A stretch of DNA of 64,000 nt from Candidatus Latescibacterota bacterium (GTDB lineage: Bacteria; JAAXHH01). Position 1 is the first letter of the stretch, and every line of letters begins with the position of its first letter. The position numbers were made by a program, and so were the translations under genes. Positions 57,986 through 64,000 of the stretch are shown here, piece after piece. Under the pieces are notes generated by a model. The model saw only the letters and a program-made list of their open reading frames with translations. It was not told the DNA's origin and did no database searches. The stretch is taken from the NCBI GenBank assembly GCA_022823465.1, contig JAJEHX010000032.1:10340-74339 (forward strand), read 5' to 3'.

Positions 57986-58409
57986 GAAGCCCAAGACTGC
58001 AGAATGCCGCGCGGATTGAAAAGCCTTTACCAAGTAAGTCGCGTAACGTTTCCCTCAGTAGCTTCGTCTCTCCAAAGTATCATCGTATTCTTGCCTATGA
58101 GAGCCAGCCGGACAGCTTGAGCTTGAACAGGGCGATGACCGGATATACCCAGAGCCGCGGCAAAGTGAGTAATGCCATAATCATTTGCATCCATGCCGAG
58201 GCAGTGGGAGAGCAACGCAACCAGGTCCATCTGGGAAATACTCTAGACGATTCAGCCCCCTGGATCTCTGGCCCGAAGTTCGATTCGGAAGACCGTGTCG
58301 ATGCGATGAAGTCTAAGATGCCTGTCCGCATTCCGCCCCGGGGCACGCCCTGCAAAGGTGCCTGTTCAGAAGGTGGGTTGCCGCGAGCAGGACGCCCCCC
58401 GGAACCGGC

Positions 58410-59858
58410 TCATCCAGCGCCACGCACCCTTCCAAGACCGATCCAGGCTCCCGCGCTCACCAACCCGACCAGTACGGTCAGCGTGGAAAGCGGTACCGCG
58501 GCGCGCCGGCTCACGTCGCTCAATGACTCGTCTGCGAACTGAAATTCCGGTACCATGGAAAGCGCGTCCGCCGACATCTTCTCTCCGGCCAGAATCGCCG
58601 GCACAAAGAAGGAACGCCACTGATCTGCGAATTCGCGCACCTGAGTCTGAAACCGGGCGAACCGCGCATCACCCGTTCCCGCCGCGTCGATAAGCAGTTC
58701 CTGGACCAGGAGCGCCGGGGAAAGGAACCTGTATCGACGGACCAGTTCACTTTGCTCCTCGCGCCGTATCTGGTGTTGCGCCGACACCTCCTCCAGGCGC
58801 CGGTTGACTGCTTCCGTGGCGGCCCAGGCGAGGGCCGCCCGATTGGATTCATCCGCAACCGCGCCGGCGGCGAGTTCCGGGTGGTCCTCGAGGTAGCGGG
58901 CAAGCAGCTCGCTGCGGCGGCTTACCGCATCGTTCGAGGCTTCGCGCTGGGCAGTGATCATCTCCACACGGGAGGGCAGCGGGTGAAAGAGGCCCGCGGC
59001 AATGTTGATTGCGGCCGGCAGCACCACCACCAGCACGAGCCAGGCACCCACCAGCACCGTGGCGTTCCATGCGGAAGACCTTCCCAAACTGTTTACCCAT
59101 GCGGTAAGCGAGAACCAGAACAGCGCGTATACCGTCAGTGCCGCACACCACAGCAGCACCCGGCCGGAGGGTTCTGACGATCCGAAGCTCCCGGCGATCA
59201 GTATGCCGAGTACCGACACCCCGATGGCCACGGCCATGACCAGCAGTGCCCGGAAGGCGAGTTTCGTGGCCACGATGCGGCGCGCCGACACGGGTTGGGA
59301 AAGCGTCAGCGCCAGGGTGCCTTGCTCTCGCTCCCCCGATAACACGTTGAAACTCAGGGCCAGCACGAGAAGAGGCAGCAGGTAGATCGCCACGAAGGCC
59401 AGATCGAATCGCCCGACCATGAGGTTGAGGGGATTCTCCACCTCGCCGTTCTGAAGGAAGGTGGATTCGTTGGTATTGATGCTGATATCGTAGTAGTACG
59501 GCAGGAGATCGCTTTGCCCCACCGCCAGGGCGGTCAGGGGACCGGGTTCCAGCACGACGGATCGGGCGCCCCGTGCTCCACCCATCACGTTGGCGGCGCG
59601 GGGGTCGCGGAACGGAGAGGACGGACGGCTTCCGTTTTCAATGGCGGCCAGTTCGCGTTTCAATCCGTCGGTCCGTTCGACATTCCCGTCGCGCACGACC
59701 TGCACCGTGCGTTCCTGGAAACGGACCCAGGCCATGCCGTTGGCCAGCGCATAGGCGAAGAGGACGACAAAGAGCGGAAGAACAACCCGCAGGATTCGGC
59801 CTGCGGCGAGAAGCCGCCACTCATTTACCAGGATGGTCTTCGTAGTCATGGTCCCCAT
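58410..59858 (-). CDS. ABC-2 type transporter permease (DUF3526-like)
   Basis: N-terminal TM, a large loop, then a C-terminal cluster of TM helices. Start ATG at 59858, 2 nt after the upstream stop. Confidence 0.7.
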   Translation of the reverse strand: MGTMTTKTILVNEWRLLAAGRILRVVLPLFVVLFAYALANGMAWVRFQERTVQVVRDGNVERTDGLKRELAAIENGSRPSSPFRDPRAANVMGGARGARSVVLEPGPLTALAVGQSDLLPYYYDISINTNESTFLQNGEVENPLNLMVGRFDLAFVAIYLLPLLVLALSFNVLSGEREQGTLALTLSQPVSARRIVATKLAFRALLVMAVAIGVSVLGILIAGSFGSSEPSGRVLLWCAALTVYALFWFSLTAWVNSLGRSSAWNATVLVGAWLVLVVVLPAAINIAAGLFHPLPSRVEMITAQREASNDAVSRRSELLARYLEDHPELAAGAVADESNRAALAWAATEAVNRRLEEVSAQHQIRREEQSELVRRYRFLSPALLVQELLIDAAGTGDARFARFQTQVREFADQWRSFFVPAILAGEKMSADALSMVPEFQFADESLSDVSRRAAVPLSTLTVLVGLVSAGAWIGLGRVRGAG

Positions 59859-59860
59859 GA

Positions 59861-61270
59861 TCAGGCCACCTCCGCGCGACGAACGGCGACTGTAACGGCA
59901 ACAAACGCACCGGCCAGCCACAGCCCCATCAACAGGAGCGACAGGGCCCGGTTCCGCAGGACCCATCCCACCGTCGGGGCGTCATATCGAAAGGGCGGCA
60001 TCTGCGACCAGAGATCGGCCGCGGCGAGGTAAACTTCACCGGTACGGGAGTTCTCGGTCATGTCAACATTCAAGCGCTGCACCAGTTCCCGGCGGTATTG
60101 CTCCGCGGCGGCGGCGAAGTGCCGGTGCTGTTCGACATCGGTACCGGCCAGGCCCATGGAAAGCGTCCGAACCGCCAGCAGAGGCGCCGTGACCGCAAGC
60201 GCCTCGTGTACGTATCCCTGGCGCTCGAAGGCGTTCCACAGGGCACCGTAATTCCGGTCGAAGATCTGGTTGCCGAACTCCTCGCTCTTTTGCAGAAAGA
60301 CGCCAATGGCGTTGATCGGAAGGTCTTCGACGTTTTCCAGGTTGTACTCATCCAGGAGCTCCTGCGTTGACTCGGCACGGTCGGGACGCACGATGCCGCC
60401 CACCCCGTCGGCCATCTCCTTGCCAAGGGTCTGAGCGAACTCCACCGCCGAGGGCGTGGGGTACAGCCACTTCGACAGATCCACCGCCACACGCGGGGCC
60501 ACGAGGCCGTTAACCACCCAGATGGCCAGCAGGACCACCAGTGCGGTCCGCGCCGAAGGCGCCCTCGCCGAGACGGCGAGAGACAGCCCGATAAACGTCG
60601 CGAAATAAACCAGGTAGACACCGGCCAGCACAGCGCCCCGGATCACCGGGGATGCCGCCGGTCCGGGGCTTCCCATGACGATGGCGGCCGCCCCGACAAG
60701 CGCCGCGGGTATCAGAAGCAGCGCCAGGGCTGCGGCTACGCCGAGGGCCTTGCCCAGTGCGAGCTCGAGGCGTCCGACGCCCGTAGCCAGCAACTGCCGC
60801 AGCGTGCCTCGTTCCCGCTCCCCGGCGAGGGCGCCGAAGGTCAGAAGGATGATGAGCAGCGGCACCAGGTGCTGAAGGACCTGCGCCGCCGTCAAGGCGC
60901 CGATGCGTTGCGCGGGTGTCGCGTCCTGCGCCGGTCGCAACAGGAAATCGTTCTGTCTGTGGGCTTCCAGCAGTACCGACGTCCCCGTATAGGAATCCAC
61001 GCCCTCATCGACAAAGGACAGCGCCAGCCGGGGCTTGAAGGCGTAGACGCCGTAGTGGGCCGCGGAATGGGGGTTCTTCTCGCCCTGCTATTCCCAGTGA
61101 TCACGGGCGGTGGCCTGTGCGGCGGTCAGTTCCTTCTGCGCATTGCGCGCCTGGACCCATCCGGTTCCCAGCGAGACCAGGAGCAGGACGCCTACCAGCG
61201 CGGCGCACCATCGGAAGCGTCCATCCCGCACCATGTCCATAAACTCTTTGCGGATTATATGCCTTATCAT
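59861..61270 (-). pseudogene. ABC-2 type transporter permease interrupted by one in-frame TAG
   Basis: ORFs 61270-61088 and 61087-59861 are in the same frame. They read ...ATARDHWE(TAG)QGEKNPHSAAHYGVYAFKP... continuously. AGGAG upstream of the ATG at 61270. Confidence 0.65.
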
Positions 61271-61279
61271 GGTCGGCTC

Positions 61280-62086
61280 CTATTCGTGCATGTGATCCAG
61301 GTAGATGCGTTCGAGATCGGCATGGCCGATTTCATCGGTCGTCATCTCCACCACGAGTCTGCCATGCTGCATGATTCCGATCCGCGTCCCGGACTCCTTC
61401 GCGCGAAACAGATCGTGGGTCGCCATCAGCACCGCGACGCCCCGTTCCTTGAGTCGTTCCAGCAATTCGGAGAATTCATTCGACGCCTGGGGATCGAGGC
61501 CCGACGTCGGTTCGTCGAGGAGCAGGGCGTCTGCATCCTTGGCGATGGCGATCGCAATGCCGACTTTCTGCCGCATACCCTTGGAGTATTCGGAGACGCG
61601 TGAATGTACCGCTTCCGTCTGCAGGCCCGCTTCGACGAGGATTTCGGTGAGGCGATCGGGCGACAGGGACTCCTTCCCGCCCAGCGCCGCGAAGTAAGCC
61701 AGGTTTTCCAGGCCGCTCAGGTTGCGATAGAGCATGACCTGCTCGGGAATATAGGCCAGGTGGTTTTTAGACTTCAAAGGCTCGTCGGCGACGTCCAGAC
61801 CCATCACGTGCACGCTTCCGGACGTCGGTTCCAGAAACCCCAGGAAAAGATGGATCGTAGTCGTCTTGCCGGCGCCGTTGGGGCCAAGCAGGCAGTAGAT
61901 TTCCGATGGCTCCACACGAAGATCCAGGCCTGCAACAGCCTCCAGCTCGCCGTAACGCTTGGACAGCGACCGTGCCTCGAGCACGGGTGTCGAAGTCCCA
62001 TCGGCTGCTGCGGCCTGCTTTTGAGGCGCATCGACCGTCGCTACTTCGCTTTCATGTTTCATCCGGGATACCGGACCGGTTTCCAT
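61280..62086 (-). CDS. ABC transporter ATP-binding protein (ABC-2 exporter type)
   Basis: Walker A GPNGAGKTT, signature YSKGMRQKV, Walker B ALLLDEPTSGLD. Confidence 0.9.
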   Translation of the reverse strand: METGPVSRMKHESEVATVDAPQKQAAAADGTSTPVLEARSLSKRYGELEAVAGLDLRVEPSEIYCLLGPNGAGKTTTIHLFLGFLEPTSGSVHVMGLDVADEPLKSKNHLAYIPEQVMLYRNLSGLENLAYFAALGGKESLSPDRLTEILVEAGLQTEAVHSRVSEYSKGMRQKVGIAIAIAKDADALLLDEPTSGLDPQASNEFSELLERLKERGVAVLMATHDLFRAKESGTRIGIMQHGRLVVEMTTDEIGHADLERIYLDHMHE

Positions 62087-62263
62087 GGACTCACCCTCCG
62101 GGAAATGAGATAAATGAGATATACGGAATCGCGGCCGCGCCGTTGGCGCGTCTGCGAGTTCCTAAATACGGGAAAACGATCGCCAATGCGCCGGGTCTTC
62201 ATTGATCGACCGGTAACGGCGCAGGGCATCGGCAATCAGCCTGCTATGGGATTGGAGGGGTAT

Positions 62264-62545
62264 TCAGGCGGGTGGCGCCCGGGAGTCCTTGCTGTGGATC
62301 TCGGCATTGCAGGGGTGGTTCAGAGCATATACGAAGGAGATTCGGCGTACCGATGCATCGGGGGTTTCGTGCACGCCGGAGCGGTCGTCGGAATCGATCA
62401 GCGGAAGGCCCTGGACGTGGCAGGGCACGCAGGTGCCGTCGACGCATTCGGCGACGTCGTGGTTGTGTGACGTCGTCGAGAGTACGAACAGGGCGAGCGC
62501 GATCAGCGCGCTCCAACGCAGGATAGTCAACCGGTCTGGTCGCAT
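62264..62545 (-). CDS. Small secreted/anchored Cys- and His-containing hypothetical protein
   Basis: An internal ATG gives MRPDRLTILRWSALIALALFVLS (signal-like), followed by HNHDVAECVDGTCVPCH. Upstream of, and co-oriented with, the ABC-2 operon. Confidence 0.35.
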   Translation of the reverse strand: MRPDRLTILRWSALIALALFVLSTTSHNHDVAECVDGTCVPCHVQGLPLIDSDDRSGVHETPDASVRRISFVYALNHPCNAEIHSKDSRAPPA

Positions 62546-62654
62546 GTCGGCGAACTTAGCACATCGTGAAAATCGTGTCAAGCGGCTTCCTGGATGTTGG
62601 GGTTTCCTGTGCATCTACTTTGTATATACGTGGAACTACCCGAATCTCTTGAAA

Positions 62655-63667
62655 CTATTTAATCGCTGTACCGGCCGCGACGCCGAGATTAAATAGTGTG
62701 CGTATAGGAGTCTCCACGTCGATGTCCGCAAGGCTGCGTGGGCGAAATGGCGCCTTCCAGATCAACCCGCCCACATCTTTCTCGATCTCATCGCCTCCCC
62801 ACAACAGCCGGACCTGTTTCCCCCTCGGGCCCCAGACGGCCGGGTCCGTGGGGCCAAAAAGAGCTATGACGGGCGTGCCCGCAGCCGCGGCCAGGTGGGT
62901 CATGCCCGAGTCATTGCCAATCATCGCCTGATACCGGGCGTAGAGGACGGCCATGTCAACGAGCGGGCGGTCATCCACGACAAGCACCTCAAGGGCCTCT
63001 ATCCGAGGCAGAATGTGGCGGCGAACCGTGTCGTCCGCCGGACCGAAGGTTACTACCGGCCTGTAGCCCCTGTCGACCAGGCATTCGATCAAAGACACGT
63101 ACCGCTCCGCCGGCCAGCATTCGCCATCCCGCCACTACCTGGATGGACGGCTATCACAGGTTTGTCCGAAGATTCCCGACGCGAATCTGCTTCCGCGATG
63201 TGTAAAGGCAGCCGCAATTCAGGCGCTTCCGCCACGGGGTCCACGCCCAGGGAGATGAGGACCTTCATCAACACGTGCGTCATGTGCATCCGCCGTGCCG
63301 CATCGTCCCCATCGGGATGCGCCAGGCCCGAGAGAACGGGACCCGCCGCGATCCGGCGCAGGTTCTCCGCAAACACGCCGTCGGAGTCAGGGAGGTAGGA
63401 TATAATCGCGTCGTATGACTGGAGATTACGCAGCGCGAGCCCGTCCGCCAGCGACGCGTGCCTCACGAACAGCGGGGTGAAGTCCCGGTCGTCGATCGAC
63501 AGCACCTTGTCCACGTATCCACACTGTTTCAGCAGCGCAAGGCGGACCGGGTCGCCCATCATGTCGATGGAAATGCCGTCGTAGCGTTTCTTCAGCGCGG
63601 CGAGTACGGGGAGGGTAAGAATCAGGTCGCCGACCGCGCCGGACCGGATGATCAGAACGCGCTTCAT
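62655..63667 (-). pseudogene. Glycosyltransferase family 9 (heptosyltransferase) with a frameshift
   Basis: The N-terminal part (MKRVLIIRSGAVGDLILTLPVL...HPGSGG) and C-terminal part (...ECWPAERYVSLIECL...GNDSGMTHLAAAAGTPVIALFGPTDP) lie in different frames. They join near 63122-63133. Confidence 0.7.
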
Positions 63668-64000
63668 GCTTCCAGTTCGAAGGTGGCGCCCACCCGGGCA
63701 GCTTCCGCCCGCTCATAGGCCAGCCGGGCGGTGACCGCGTCCTCCATGGCGTAACCCACGGATTTGAACACCGTGACTTCCTCGACACTGGTGCGTCCGG
63801 CCTTCCTGCCCGTGACCAGTTCGGTCAATTCCGCCCGGACGTGATCCCTCGCGATGTCGCCGGATCGCAGAGGAATCAAAATATCGCCCGCTTCCTCGAA
63901 GGCGCCTTCGTACGTATCCACGTAGACGCGGGCCTGCTGGATCAACGCGGTGTCCAGCTCCTGTGAATTGGCTGTAAAGACGCCCACGGCGTTTACGTGC
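63664..64000 (-). CDS. Ornithine cyclodeaminase/mu-crystallin family protein (3' part; gene runs off the window)
   Basis: The C-terminal segment ...TVFKSVGYAMEDAVTARLAY is typical of the family. Its stop overlaps the GT9 start (ATGA). Confidence 0.7.
   Translation of the reverse strand, partial: HVNAVGVFTANSQELDTALIQQARVYVDTYEGAFEEAGDILIPLRSGDIARDHVRAELTELVTGRKAGRTSVEEVTVFKSVGYAMEDAVTARLAYERAEAARVGATFELEA

Noticed and set aside
57982-58542. 186-aa plus-strand ORF following the restriction gene.
   Set aside because: Its translation is Pro/Arg/Ser-rich low-complexity sequence. It crosses the compositional boundary and overlaps the 3' end of the ABC-2 permease on the other strand. It has no SD.
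61088-61090. Pyrrolysine or other recoding of the in-frame TAG.
   Set aside because: There are no pyl genes or PYLIS-like context in the window. TAG is used as an ordinary stop by other genes here, for example at 26290, 32291 and 62655.
62655-62696. Perfect 10-bp inverted repeat CTATTTAATC...GATTAAATAG as a terminator.
   Set aside because: Both arms lie inside the last 14 codons of the GT9 gene. The stem is almost all A-T with a 22-nt loop, and no proper U-tract follows.

Overview
This is a densely coding, high-GC chromosomal segment from a Gram-negative-type bacterium; outer-membrane, LolA-like and heptosyltransferase genes are present. All domain assignments below come from reading motifs by eye. 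No HMM or BLAST search was run.

Most of the window is ordinary housekeeping, transport and catabolism:
- an Fe3+/polyamine-type ABC importer and DUF502
- a CdaA-YbbR fusion, an S11 D-Ala-D-Ala carboxypeptidase and DUF4159
- a ribose-type sugar ABC importer, an SDR, a family-5 SBP, SulP, an SRAP peptidase and tRNA-Pro(UGG)
- a five-gene translationally coupled sugar-acid operon (UxuA-like, PhyH-like, YjhG/YagF-like dehydratase, cysteine-hydrolase-like, amidohydrolase)
- gltA and ispG
- a sigma factor with a ZAS-motif anti-sigma factor
- MpaB/DUF2236 followed by an RND/MMPL, LolA-like and barrel set
- a DHDPS-family enzyme and a split acyl-CoA carboxylase
- proS, an S9 peptidase, yjbQ, argS and a sulfatase
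- an ABC-2 exporter, a GT9 heptosyltransferase and a partial ornithine cyclodeaminase-family gene

Two sharply bounded, visibly AT-rich islands sit between convergently transcribed host genes.
- Island 1 (about 13472-15373) carries a HipA-type kinase lacking the N-subdomain, followed by a HipS-like/HIRAN fusion protein.
- Island 2 (about 53494-58409) carries a tightly overlapping three-gene cassette: a pentapeptide-repeat protein fused to a 2TM ion-channel-like pore, a minimal pol-beta/MNT-type nucleotidyltransferase, and a small acidic protein. It also carries an IS3-type transposase remnant and a type II restriction-modification pair. I consider the cassette the best candidate for an undescribed (or variant Hailong/CBASS-logic) defence system.

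Three ORFs are disrupted in the sequence as given: a frameshift in the kinase, an in-frame TAG in an ABC-2 permease, and a frameshift in GT9. Assembly error versus real pseudogenisation needs checking.
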